Below are positions 1 to 8,783 of a stretch of DNA of 64,000 bases, piece after piece; the stretch's first letter is position 1, and the number at the start of each line of letters is the position of its first letter. Source of the DNA: Clostridia bacterium. Its GTDB lineage: Bacteria > Bacillota > Clostridia > Christensenellales > UBA1242. A program made the translations under genes and the position numbers. Location: NCBI GenBank assembly GCA_045635805.1, contig JAZTWI010000007.1, positions 2,749 through 66,748 on the forward strand, given 5' to 3'. Under the pieces are notes generated by a model that was not told where the DNA came from, did no database searches, and saw only the letters and a program-made list of their open reading frames with translations.

Positions 1-599
1 ATGTATTTTGTAATAGCAATACCATCTTCTAGCCTTATAAGTTCGGTAGAATATGGATATTTATCTATTGTACTTAAATACTTTCTTAAATTCACTACCA
101 TAGACCTTTTCTTGTGTGGTACAAAATCATCACCCTCGACTAGGCCATGCAGAAGAACATTATCGGCAAAGATAATACCATTTTCATTTAACATTTTAGT
201 TAAAGTTGGTAAATATCTAATATACTGTCCCTTTGCACCATCTAAGAAAATCATATCGAATTTATAACCATTATTACAAAGGTCTCGTATTACATCTTTT
301 GCATCACCTTCATAACTCTCGACAATGTCTTGAAAACCTAGCATCGCAAAGTTTTCTCTAGCAAGCTTGAGATAATTCGCATTTTTATCAATTGTTACTA
401 GATTATCTATGCCCGCAGCTATCATAATACTACCAGAATAGCCAATAGCTGTACCTATCTCTAATATTGTTTTTATATTATTATTCTTTATAAAATCAAA
501 TAAATATTTAGAAGATTCTTCCCTAATTATAGGCACAAAATTATCTTTTGCATAAGACTTAGAACCTTCTAACTTATCTATTATTTCTTGATATTCCAT
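1..599 (-). CDS. SAM-dependent O-methyltransferase, family 3 (YrrM/TrmR-like); 3-prime end runs off the window
   Basis: Absent from the ORF track because its stop lies left of position 1. Hand translation from ATG 599-597 gives MEYQEIIDKLEGSKSYAKDNFVPIIREESSKYLFDFIKNNNIKTILEIGTAIGYSG...FDMIFLDGAKGQY...LIRLEDGIAITKY. It has SAM motif I (LEIGTAIGYS) and the FLDGAK motif typical of this family. AAGGA RBS; starts 13 nt after the rnj stop. Confidence 0.75.
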   Translation of the reverse strand, partial: MEYQEIIDKLEGSKSYAKDNFVPIIREESSKYLFDFIKNNNIKTILEIGTAIGYSGSIMIAAGIDNLVTIDKNANYLKLARENFAMLGFQDIVESYEGDAKDVIRDLCNNGYKFDMIFLDGAKGQYIRYLPTLTKMLNENGIIFADNVLLHGLVEGDDFVPHKKRSMVVNLRKYLSTIDKYPYSTELIRLEDGIAITKY

Positions 600-612
600 T
601 TTACATCCTTAA

Positions 613-2283
613 TTATTTTGTCTCAATGATTAGTGGTATTATAACAGGCTTTCTCTTGATTCTCTTGAAGAAGAACGTCTGTAGAGTTTTCTTAATAGAA
701 GCCTTAATAGAATTCCAATCCTGAGTCTTAAAGTTAGTAGAAATGATTTGATTTAATACCAAATCCTTAGCTTCTTCTATAATATCTTCGTTGTCTTTTA
801 CATATACGAAGCCCCTAGTATAAATATCAGGTTTAGAAGTAAGCGCTGCAATTTTTGCTGAAATTGTAATTGTAACAATACAAACACCTTCACTAGCAAG
901 TTGCATTCTATCTCTTTGAACTATACCACCAGCTTCGCTAATATCTAGTCCATCTACTAGTTTAATTCCACTAGGAACTACACCAGATTTCTTAATAGCA
1001 TTTTTATTAATAGAAATTGTATCTCCTAGTTCCGGAATTAATATATTTCTATCATTCATACCCATTTCTTTAGCAAGATTAGCATGAGCCCTTAAGTGTC
1101 TATACTCACCATGTACAGGTACAAAGAACTTTGGTTTTAAAAGTGTATGAAGAGTCTTTAGTTCTTCTTGATAAGCATGACCACTAACGTGAACTTCTGC
1201 AAGTGACTCATAAATAATAGAAGCACCTTTAGAGTATAGTAAATTAATTACATTATTAATCTCTCTCTCATTACCAGGGATAGCAGATGATGAGAAAATA
1301 ACATAGTCGTTTTCTCCTATCTCAATTCTATTAAATTCACCATTAGCCATTCTAGTTAGAGCACTATTTTCTTCACCTTGACTACCTGTACATAGGATAC
1401 AAATTTGTTCATCGGTGTATTTATCTATATTATTAATATCAACGACTAAATCTTTATTAAAGTTTAATTCACCGATTTTAGAAGCTGTCTCACAGATATT
1501 TAACATACTTCTACCTGTAAATATAATTTTTCTACCATATTTTTCACAGATATTTAAGATTTGCTGAATTCTATGAACGTTACTTGCAAATGTTGCAATG
1601 ATTATTCTCTTCTTAACATTTTGAACAAATAGAGCATCAAGGGTAGAACCAACCTTTCTCTCACTCATACTAAATCCAGGTCTCTCTGCATTAGTACTAT
1701 CAGCAGTTAAAAGTAAAACACCCCTTCTACTTATCTCTCCAAGTCTAGCTAAATCCATAGCTTCTCCATCGATAGGAGTATAGTCTAGCTTAAAGTCACC
1801 TGTATGGAAATACACACCCACAGGAGTAGTGATTGCAAATGCAAGTGCACCACTAATACTATGTGTAACTTTTACAAATTCAATTTGGAAAGAACCAATC
1901 TTAATTACCTGTTTTGGTTTTACACAGGTAGGTTTTACCTTAATTTTTCTATGTTCTTTTAATTTGTTTTCGATTAGAGCAACTGCTAGTTTACTTGCAA
2001 AAACTGGTACTCCTGGCAATTCTTGTAGTAGATATGGTAAAGCACCAATATGGTCTTCGTGACCATGAGTAATAAGTATCGCCTTTATTTTTCTTTTGTT
2101 ATTTGCTAAATAGGTAAAGTCTGGAATTACTAAGTCAATACCAGGCATATCATCGCTAGGAAAAGCGAGACCACTATCGATAATCAAAATTTCATTGTTA
2201 TACTCTAGCGCCATAATATTTTTACCAACTTCACCAACACCACCTAAAAAAGATAGTTTTAGTCCGCCTTGTGGTTTATTCAT
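613..2283 (-). CDS. rnj: Ribonuclease J
   Basis: Metallo-beta-lactamase motif ITHGHEDHIGALPYL, with beta-CASP region and C-terminal domain of RNase J length. Preferred start is ATG 2283 behind AAAGGAGAA; the track start at 2301 is TTG. Confidence 0.9.
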   Translation of the reverse strand: MNKPQGGLKLSFLGGVGEVGKNIMALEYNNEILIIDSGLAFPSDDMPGIDLVIPDFTYLANNKRKIKAILITHGHEDHIGALPYLLQELPGVPVFASKLAVALIENKLKEHRKIKVKPTCVKPKQVIKIGSFQIEFVKVTHSISGALAFAITTPVGVYFHTGDFKLDYTPIDGEAMDLARLGEISRRGVLLLTADSTNAERPGFSMSERKVGSTLDALFVQNVKKRIIIATFASNVHRIQQILNICEKYGRKIIFTGRSMLNICETASKIGELNFNKDLVVDINNIDKYTDEQICILCTGSQGEENSALTRMANGEFNRIEIGENDYVIFSSSAIPGNEREINNVINLLYSKGASIIYESLAEVHVSGHAYQEELKTLHTLLKPKFFVPVHGEYRHLRAHANLAKEMGMNDRNILIPELGDTISINKNAIKKSGVVPSGIKLVDGLDISEAGGIVQRDRMQLASEGVCIVTITISAKIAALTSKPDIYTRGFVYVKDNEDIIEEAKDLVLNQIISTNFKTQDWNSIKASIKKTLQTFFFKRIKRKPVIIPLIIETK

Positions 2284-2607
2284 AATTTTTTCTCCTTTCA
2301 ATTTTATATAATTAATAATCTAATCAATGTTAGATTTATGTAACAAAAAGTCAATAGCTATCAAATATTTCCACGGAAAAAAGACCTTTGGAAATATCCA
2401 ATAACAAAATAATACAATATTTAGCCCAATCACCAAATAATTATATCTATATATCTGGGTTTGTATATACAATACCCATCTCATCAACTTCGCTAGATAT
2501 AATATACTATAAATTATATAAAAAATCAATAATTTGCTTAAATAAATTCTTATTTTTTATTTTAAGCCCTATTTTTCGATATTTACCCCTACAAATTTAC
2601 TATATAC

Positions 2608-2632
2608 AAAAAAAATCCCTAGAAACTAGGGA
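2608..2632 (-). terminator. Rho-independent terminator after the 317-aa membrane protein gene
   Basis: Minus strand TCCCTAG-TTT-CTAGGGA hairpin (2616-2632) followed by 8 T (plus-strand A run 2608-2615), 6 nt after the stop. Confidence 0.6.
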
Positions 2633-2637
2633 CCATA

Positions 2638-3591
2638 TTATACCAAGAATCTCATATCTTCTATTTTATCACTCTTTTCTTTTTTCAAAGGAGTAACAAC
2701 ATTGTAGACGTCTACATAATATCTCATGCCTAAACCTTCAAATGTAGTAACCATACCAAAGGCAGAATATAGCAAGAACGATGTAGGAATAGAAACAAGC
2801 AATCCAACACCAAAGGTAAAGAAACCTAGGAATAGATTAAGTGGAATTAAAGTTAAGACAAATCCCACGGAGATAGCCAAAGTTCTTCCATAGTGTTTAA
2901 ATGAAGTCTTCAGAGAAAGGCCAAGTGAACGCCATACACTATAATTCATTGTAACCATTGTCGGTATCCAACAAATAAATAATGTACACTTCAAAGACAA
3001 TAGCAATATTAAAATAAGCATAATTAGGAATGGTGCAAGGAATGAAATCACCCACCAACTAGCATTAAATAATCTAAAACTAAAGATAAATATTGAACCA
3101 ATAAGTAAATCAACAGGAAGAGAAACTAAGTACTGAATAAGCGTTATCTTTAAACTCTTACCGAATGTGTCTTGAAAACTACCAAAGAATCCATAACTAT
3201 TAATACTACCCATATAGTAATTAAGAGAATTACACATAGGAAGAATACTTAAATTATGTAGAATTGCAGTAAAGAAAGCAATTATCAAAGCAAACAAAAC
3301 AAAATTAAACCATATTGAAGAAATATTAGCTGTAAGAATCGCAACTAATTCTATTCCTAATTCCTTAATAGAAAGCAGTAAATTAGTTAGATTTAAGCTG
3401 GTTAAAAACTCAGTATACACTTCTACAACACCTATAGTAAAACCAGAAGAACGCAAAAGATTATATACAGGCATTACTGTCAAATATAATGCTGCTCCTA
3501 GAACTAATGCAACTAATAAGAAATATAACATTGATTTCCAAACAATGTTAAAATTAGAAAGTGCTATTTTTATAGAATTTTTATATTTCAT
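2638..3591 (-). CDS. Polytopic membrane protein, unknown function
   Basis: 317 aa with about 8 hydrophobic helices and no family motif I recognise. Bounded by hairpins on both sides, so it is probably its own transcription unit. Confidence 0.55.
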   Translation of the reverse strand: MKYKNSIKIALSNFNIVWKSMLYFLLVALVLGAALYLTVMPVYNLLRSSGFTIGVVEVYTEFLTSLNLTNLLLSIKELGIELVAILTANISSIWFNFVLFALIIAFFTAILHNLSILPMCNSLNYYMGSINSYGFFGSFQDTFGKSLKITLIQYLVSLPVDLLIGSIFIFSFRLFNASWWVISFLAPFLIMLILILLLSLKCTLFICWIPTMVTMNYSVWRSLGLSLKTSFKHYGRTLAISVGFVLTLIPLNLFLGFFTFGVGLLVSIPTSFLLYSAFGMVTTFEGLGMRYYVDVYNVVTPLKKEKSDKIEDMRFLV

Positions 3592-3665
3592 TTTCTTTAC
3601 CGTTTTTCTAAATTTCTACTCTAAGTATATAATATTTTTTCTTATATGGCAAACTAAAACATAAG

Positions 3666-3697
3666 AAAAAATGGCTCATTTTTAAAAAACAAGCCAT
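3666..3697 (-). terminator. Putative terminator closing the phage-like operon
   Basis: Imperfect hairpin ATGGCT..TTTTT/AAAAA..AGCCAT (3671-3697) followed on the minus strand by a T run. It lies 11 nt after the holin stop. Confidence 0.45.
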
Positions 3698-3707
3698 AAA
3701 AACCTTA

Positions 3708-3965
3708 TTATAATTCCCCTATATTTTCATCATCATTTTTTATTATTTCATCTATTAGTATATCTGTATTTTCTTGTTTACCCGACTCTGTTTTCTTAGT
3801 TATAAAACCCACAGCAACCAAAACTACAGCAATAGATGTTATAATATTTTCTATATTTTCCGAAGGAATAGAAAAACCAAAAACCTCAGCAATACTTTCT
3901 AACAGTAGAACAATAGCCCCACTAACACCCAACCAAAACGAAGTTGTCCTTAATTTATTTTTCAT
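3708..3965 (-). CDS. Phage holin (phi LC3-like pattern)
   Basis: 85 aa with a basic N-terminus (MKNKLRTTSFW), two hydrophobic helices (LGVSGAIVLLLESI; ITSIAVVLVAVGFI) and a charged tail. Last gene of the operon; overlaps the upstream gene by 11 nt. Confidence 0.65.
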   Translation of the reverse strand: MKNKLRTTSFWLGVSGAIVLLLESIAEVFGFSIPSENIENIITSIAVVLVAVGFITKKTESGKQENTDILIDEIIKNDDENIGEL

Positions 3966-4197
3966 CTTTACTTACTACCTTAGTCCTTATCTTTTTGTTT
4001 ACAAGCTGCTCTTTTATCATCTCAACATCTAGCTTTACTTCTTTTACTACCTGCAGAGAATCACCCAATTTAGCAATAGTTTCTTGATACTTAGACTCTC
4101 TATTTTTACTATCCCTTAATTGATAAATAAAGAGTCCTAAAAACATTACAGCAAATAAACCATTGCTAATTGCTAGATTAACTATTTGCTCCCACAT
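3955..4197 (-). CDS. BhlA/UviB-family holin-like protein
   Basis: 80 aa. A single N-terminal TM (GLFAVMFLGLFIYQL) is followed by RDSKNRESK and a coiled-coil tail. This matches my recollection of SPbeta BhlA (GPFAVLF..LLFYV..SKERESK). Confidence 0.7.
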   Translation of the reverse strand: MWEQIVNLAISNGLFAVMFLGLFIYQLRDSKNRESKYQETIAKLGDSLQVVKEVKLDVEMIKEQLVNKKIRTKVVSKDEK

Positions 4198-4200
4198 AAC

Positions 4201-5139
4201 CTATCTAACATATTTTTTATAAGCTTCATCATAGTTAACACCTAGAGCATCTTTCAGTCCACTACTTGTAAGTAATTCGATTCTTTTTGACTTATCTTTA
4301 CCTGCCAAATAATTATCAAGAACTGCAAAAACTTGGTTTTTAGTATAATTTGCAAGAGCCTTAGTTCCATATTTAGAAATCAACTCACTCTGTTTAGAAG
4401 CATTGTTAATATTCTTTTCTTTAATATCTGCAACTAATTTATCATAATTCTCTTGATATTCTTTTTCCTTCTTAGCGATTTCGTTATTATACTTAATAAT
4501 CTCACTCTGTTTTTTCTCAAATTCACTAGTTAGCGTATTAATTTTATCATTTAGTTTAACTGCATACGCTATATCAAAGTCACTAATCGCCTGTTTTCTC
4601 TGTGCATCTAATGCATTGATTTCAAAGTCTATAGCATTTAAACTATCTGTATAATCTTTCTCAACTCTATTAATATCATCTATTTCATCTTTAGAAAAAG
4701 CATCTAACACAGAAACTATTATGCTACTCCTAGCAAGACCCCTTCTTAGTGCATCATTACTAGCATTTTCTCTAGCATTATTATAGGCAGAAGAAATACT
4801 ACTTAGGTTAGAAGACTTATTGTCTTTTAGGTCTTCCTTATTTTTTTCAAGCGTATCTCTTTTATTCTCAAAACTCGAGTCAATACTTGAAAGTTCTGTA
4901 TTCCTAAAATCTGCTAAAGAATTCTCTGCTTCACGCTCGATTTCTTCGTTATTTTTAGATGGAACATCTAGTCTAGAAAAATTAGGTTCTTCATAATCAG
5001 GGATTTCAATAAGGCCAAATGAATCATTTATAGCCTTTATTGTATCAACAACACCATCTAATTCACTTTTCTCCTTATCTATATCATAGGCCGAAGCCAC
5101 TTTTTTAGTAATAGCATCATCTACTGAATAATTATTCAT
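4201..5139 (-). CDS. Coiled-coil virion-associated protein, unknown function
   Basis: Start moved to ATG 5139 behind AAAGGAGAA; the track start at 5214 is TTG without an RBS. Highly charged, Asn/Ser/Glu/Lys-rich heptad-like sequence. Sits between the tail-like genes and the holins. Confidence 0.5.
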   Translation of the reverse strand: MNNYSVDDAITKKVASAYDIDKEKSELDGVVDTIKAINDSFGLIEIPDYEEPNFSRLDVPSKNNEEIEREAENSLADFRNTELSSIDSSFENKRDTLEKNKEDLKDNKSSNLSSISSAYNNARENASNDALRRGLARSSIIVSVLDAFSKDEIDDINRVEKDYTDSLNAIDFEINALDAQRKQAISDFDIAYAVKLNDKINTLTSEFEKKQSEIIKYNNEIAKKEKEYQENYDKLVADIKEKNINNASKQSELISKYGTKALANYTKNQVFAVLDNYLAGKDKSKRIELLTSSGLKDALGVNYDEAYKKYVR

Positions 5140-5200
5140 ATTTTCTCCTTTATTCTTAACTCTGCTAAAATTAATTTTACAAACCAATCTCAATATCTCA

Positions 5201-6277
5201 TCATAAGTCTTCAATACTCACAAACCTTTCCATATAATTATATGTTATCATCATAAAATTATCATATATCAAAATACAATCTGCTAGTATAATTCTCTTT
5301 TGTAGTATAGGTACGACCTTAAAATTAATTTTATCTAAACTATATTTTTTTATCATCTGGTCATAATTATCTTTATATACCAAATAAACAAAATTATCTA
5401 TTATGCAAATATCTTGTTTTTTGCTTTTTGTATTCAATATTTCAATAAATCTCGAATTGTTATGGTAATATAAACCTGTGGTGCTATTAAGGTACTCCAC
5501 CATAAACATAGGTAACATATCATTAGAACTAATCGAATGTATATCTTTAACACTCTCACCTGTTTCAATTTCTATAATACTACCCATAGACATATCTTTA
5601 CCAAGTCCCACCATATATAATTTACTATTATTTATAAAGACTACGCCAAGCAAATATTCACTAAAACCAGGTATCAAAATAACCTTTTCATATTCAAAAT
5701 CACACAAATATTGTGTGGTATAATTATCTATATTTGTGCATAAATATAATTTGTCTTTTTTAACCAGTTTTGCAATTTGAATACTTGAACCGTTTTTAAA
5801 CTCAACCAAATCTATCATTTCTATAGTACCCAGATAATCAAATGTTTCTTTTCCATTTGTAAATGTATTGTATCTATATTCCATAAATACCCCACCACAA
5901 TCTTCTAAGTATATGTTCGAATTATATAAGATTTTATCTCGTACCCTACAAGCAAACTCAGCACCATAAATTTGTAATGTCAGATAATCGGCGTCACCTT
6001 CTATTTCTATATAGTCACCTGAAGCAAACTTTAGAGATATTAGAGAACTATATCCCACATCAATACTAAATATAGGCAGACCATTAAAATACATATTTAG
6101 ATTCTCTGCATTACCAATACTTATGTATATGTATCCATATGAGCCAACCAATGACGACTTAATGTAATGCCTAGACAATCCTTTATGAAACCTATACGTA
6201 AGTTTATCAAATCTACCAGACAAGTTGTCTTTTACACAGTTTTTCTTTAATTCATCCTTAATTAAACCCTCTATCAT
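5201..6277 (-). CDS. Phage structural protein candidate (beta-rich, unknown family)
   Basis: 358 aa with an ATGA overlap to the upstream gene. No recognisable motif; assignment rests on position only. Confidence 0.4.
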   Translation of the reverse strand: MIEGLIKDELKKNCVKDNLSGRFDKLTYRFHKGLSRHYIKSSLVGSYGYIYISIGNAENLNMYFNGLPIFSIDVGYSSLISLKFASGDYIEIEGDADYLTLQIYGAEFACRVRDKILYNSNIYLEDCGGVFMEYRYNTFTNGKETFDYLGTIEMIDLVEFKNGSSIQIAKLVKKDKLYLCTNIDNYTTQYLCDFEYEKVILIPGFSEYLLGVVFINNSKLYMVGLGKDMSMGSIIEIETGESVKDIHSISSNDMLPMFMVEYLNSTTGLYYHNNSRFIEILNTKSKKQDICIIDNFVYLVYKDNYDQMIKKYSLDKINFKVVPILQKRIILADCILIYDNFMMITYNYMERFVSIEDL

Positions 6278-7767
6278 AAAACACCTACCTTCACTTGAAC
6301 ATTAGCAATTCTAGTATTAGTTGTTTTAGATAGAAAACTCACTGCAATTTTAGTTCCCTTTAGTCTTGGTTTTATTACAGAAATACCATCTTTACCCTTA
6401 ACACTAAAATCTTTAGTTTTACCATCTACACTAATTCTAACTATACAATCTTTATCTGTTTCTAAATAAATTTCTTTGATAAGTTTCTGCCTGTCTGGAT
6501 AGTTGTAATCACTCTCTGCAGTGAGCCATACTTTTTCCGTGACTTCATCAAATATCATACCAGAATTATCAATAAGACCTAGTTTATAATTTTCACCCAT
6601 CTTTACAGAAACAAGTACAAAACTTGACTTTGTATCATTGATTACAGAGATATCTCTAATATCAACACCCCTAAGAATTGTTAGTTTCTTTGAATTAACA
6701 TCAAATCTAACAAGCGCATTATTATCCAAATCTCCTATCGTCTCATTATCTGGGTCATCATCAAAATTTAGTCTACACGCTAGATAATAACAACCATTAC
6801 AGAAACCAGCAATAGCAGAATGGTTATTATCATCAAAGATATTATTAATTCCTAGACTAATTCTAGTCGAAGATGAACCATTAAAAGAGTACAATCCATC
6901 TGTCGCTAAATACATTATTTTATTTCCACACACAACAACGGTATCTTTTATAATCCTACCACTACCAACATATAATTGACTTACAGAGAAGTTCTCTTGC
7001 TCAGCGTAAGCAGTAATTCTAGCAATATTATAATCTCTAAATACATATAGATATCCTTCAAAAGAAACAACTTTATTCGACCTACCAAAATCATCAACCA
7101 AGTCAATAAAACCACCTTCGTCTAGACTAGTAGAAAAATTAGTTGGATTTAAATCATCACTAAACCAGACCCTTCGCTCATTTTCTACCGATGTAACAAA
7201 TAGCCTTTCATTATGTATACACATACTACTTATACAAGGTACATTTTCTATCTTATTGGCCACTCCACCTTCAACCCAGGTATACATACCTGTTGATTTA
7301 GAAAAAACAAGAAGGGTATCTACACCATTTAAATTGTAACTAGTAACGATTGGTTTGGCATCTGTAGAAGTAAGCCCTTCTATTTCCTTCCAGCCTGTAT
7401 CTGGATAATGAAGATTATTATAATAAAATTTATTATTATAACTATATATAATAATGATAGGATTATATACCTTTGCCGTTATATGCCATGTCTGAAATAA
7501 CCAAGAAGCCCTAACCATTATATGATTAGGAACATCCAATAACTTCTTATACTCGGGACTAATATTTGAATACTTAACATAAGGAAGAGATATACCCAAT
7601 CCATCCTTTAGAGCACCATCTGAGTAATCATAATTATAAGACAGTCTAGTATATCCACTAGGTAGCACCGACTCGTCATATATGGTATTAACACCCTTCA
7701 TAAATGATGAGTAATTAATATACTTATAGGTAATATTTTTCAAATTAAGAAAGTTCGTATAGAACAT
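6274..7767 (-). CDS. Putative tail hub / particle-stabilisation-like protein
   Basis: 497 aa, beta-rich with repeated strand-turn patterns. Its size and its third position after the capsid gene parallel gp10-type hub proteins of P22-like podoviruses. This is positional inference, not a sequence match. Confidence 0.4.
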   Translation of the reverse strand: MFYTNFLNLKNITYKYINYSSFMKGVNTIYDESVLPSGYTRLSYNYDYSDGALKDGLGISLPYVKYSNISPEYKKLLDVPNHIMVRASWLFQTWHITAKVYNPIIIIYSYNNKFYYNNLHYPDTGWKEIEGLTSTDAKPIVTSYNLNGVDTLLVFSKSTGMYTWVEGGVANKIENVPCISSMCIHNERLFVTSVENERRVWFSDDLNPTNFSTSLDEGGFIDLVDDFGRSNKVVSFEGYLYVFRDYNIARITAYAEQENFSVSQLYVGSGRIIKDTVVVCGNKIMYLATDGLYSFNGSSSTRISLGINNIFDDNNHSAIAGFCNGCYYLACRLNFDDDPDNETIGDLDNNALVRFDVNSKKLTILRGVDIRDISVINDTKSSFVLVSVKMGENYKLGLIDNSGMIFDEVTEKVWLTAESDYNYPDRQKLIKEIYLETDKDCIVRISVDGKTKDFSVKGKDGISVIKPRLKGTKIAVSFLSKTTNTRIANVQVKVGVL

Positions 7768-7768
7768 T

Positions 7769-8326
7769 TTACCACCACCTTCTCTTTGGCATTATTATAT
7801 TTTTAGAAGGTCTTTGTATAGATAACATACTTGCTTTAAATCTCTTGTCCCACACATATGCATCATCTATCTGCCCTTTTAGAAATAAATATTCAGCAGC
7901 AACAGCATACCCAAATAACAATTCATTTAATTTTCCAAAATAATCAATACTATCATTAAGCGTAACCATGTCTGGAAAATATGAATACAAGATTTCACAC
8001 TCACCACTTGTTAACTCCATAGAATCATTATGAACCCTAAAATCAACTCTCTCACCATTCCTTGTTACTTTCTTTATTTGTATAATAGCTCTACTTGTTA
8101 TACTTGAAAACTTAATATTATCATCTTTAATAGTTGCCTTATACTTATCATAAACCGGTAAATAATTAGCAGCAATATTACCTATAGCCATATTCGTAGC
8201 TACAATTAAATTATCTAATTCCTGCATGTCATCACTCCCCACACTTTCACCACTAAAATATGGTGTAAGTCCATTTAATCCAAGCAGACCAACCACTATC
8301 TTTAATACATTTTTTACACCAATCAT
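7769..8326 (-). CDS. Putative head-tail adaptor/connector
   Basis: Start ATG 8326 lies 5 nt after GGAGG (8332-8336); the track start at 8338 is GTG. 185 aa; assignment by position after the capsid gene. Confidence 0.4.
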   Translation of the reverse strand: MIGVKNVLKIVVGLLGLNGLTPYFSGESVGSDDMQELDNLIVATNMAIGNIAANYLPVYDKYKATIKDDNIKFSSITSRAIIQIKKVTRNGERVDFRVHNDSMELTSGECEILYSYFPDMVTLNDSIDYFGKLNELLFGYAVAAEYLFLKGQIDDAYVWDKRFKASMLSIQRPSKNIIMPKRRWW

Positions 8327-8328
8327 CT

Positions 8329-8706
8329 CTACCTCCACACACTAGAAAATGCTTTATTTAAATCATACTCTTTACTTGAATTATTAGAAAAATCAAAAAT
8401 TTCTTTCGCCATATACGTAGTTAAATCAAGAGTCTCATCTTTGCTTTCTTTCTCCACTTTACTATTCATATTGTCAATATCGTTTATAATATTGTCAATA
8501 TATCTAATATTGGAATAAAAAATATCATCTATTAATTTCGATGAAATTTCATTATTTTTTATGTTAAAACAAAAAGTATTTCTTTGATTTGTATTATGCA
8601 ATTCTAATAATCCCGTCTTTAAATTAAGCATAATCTTATACCCATCATCTATTTCTTTTATTCTATTTACAATATCAAACACATCACTCTCTATCTCTAT
8701 TTTCAT
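8329..8706 (-). CDS. Small acidic phage protein, unknown function
   Basis: 125 aa, first gene after the capsid-gene hairpin. No recognisable motif. Confidence 0.4.
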   Translation of the reverse strand: MKIEIESDVFDIVNRIKEIDDGYKIMLNLKTGLLELHNTNQRNTFCFNIKNNEISSKLIDDIFYSNIRYIDNIINDIDNMNSKVEKESKDETLDLTTYMAKEIFDFSNNSSKEYDLNKAFSSVWR

Positions 8707-8722
8707 ATCATTTTTCCTATTT

Positions 8723-8755
8723 AAAAAAATTACTAGGGGTATACTCTACCCCTAG
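8723..8755 (-). terminator. Strong hairpin + T run directly after the major capsid gene (terminator/attenuator)
   Basis: Minus strand CTAGGGGTA-GAGTA-TACCCCTAG (9-bp stem, 8733-8755) followed by TAATTTTTTT. It is the only sizeable gap inside the operon. Confidence 0.65.
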
Positions 8756-8783
8756 CATAATACTGAGATTAATTTACTTTAAA

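Noticed and set aside
1-267. 88-aa plus-strand ORF at the window start
   Set aside because: It lies antisense to a well-supported O-methyltransferase frame with recognisable SAM-binding motifs. Its sequence is low-complexity and has no RBS.
2320-2696. 69-aa and 102-aa ORFs in the rnj upstream region
   Set aside because: They overlap each other and the terminator of the neighbouring gene, have no RBS, and are composed of Ile/Tyr/Leu AT-codon runs. I treat this as the promoter and leader region of rnj.
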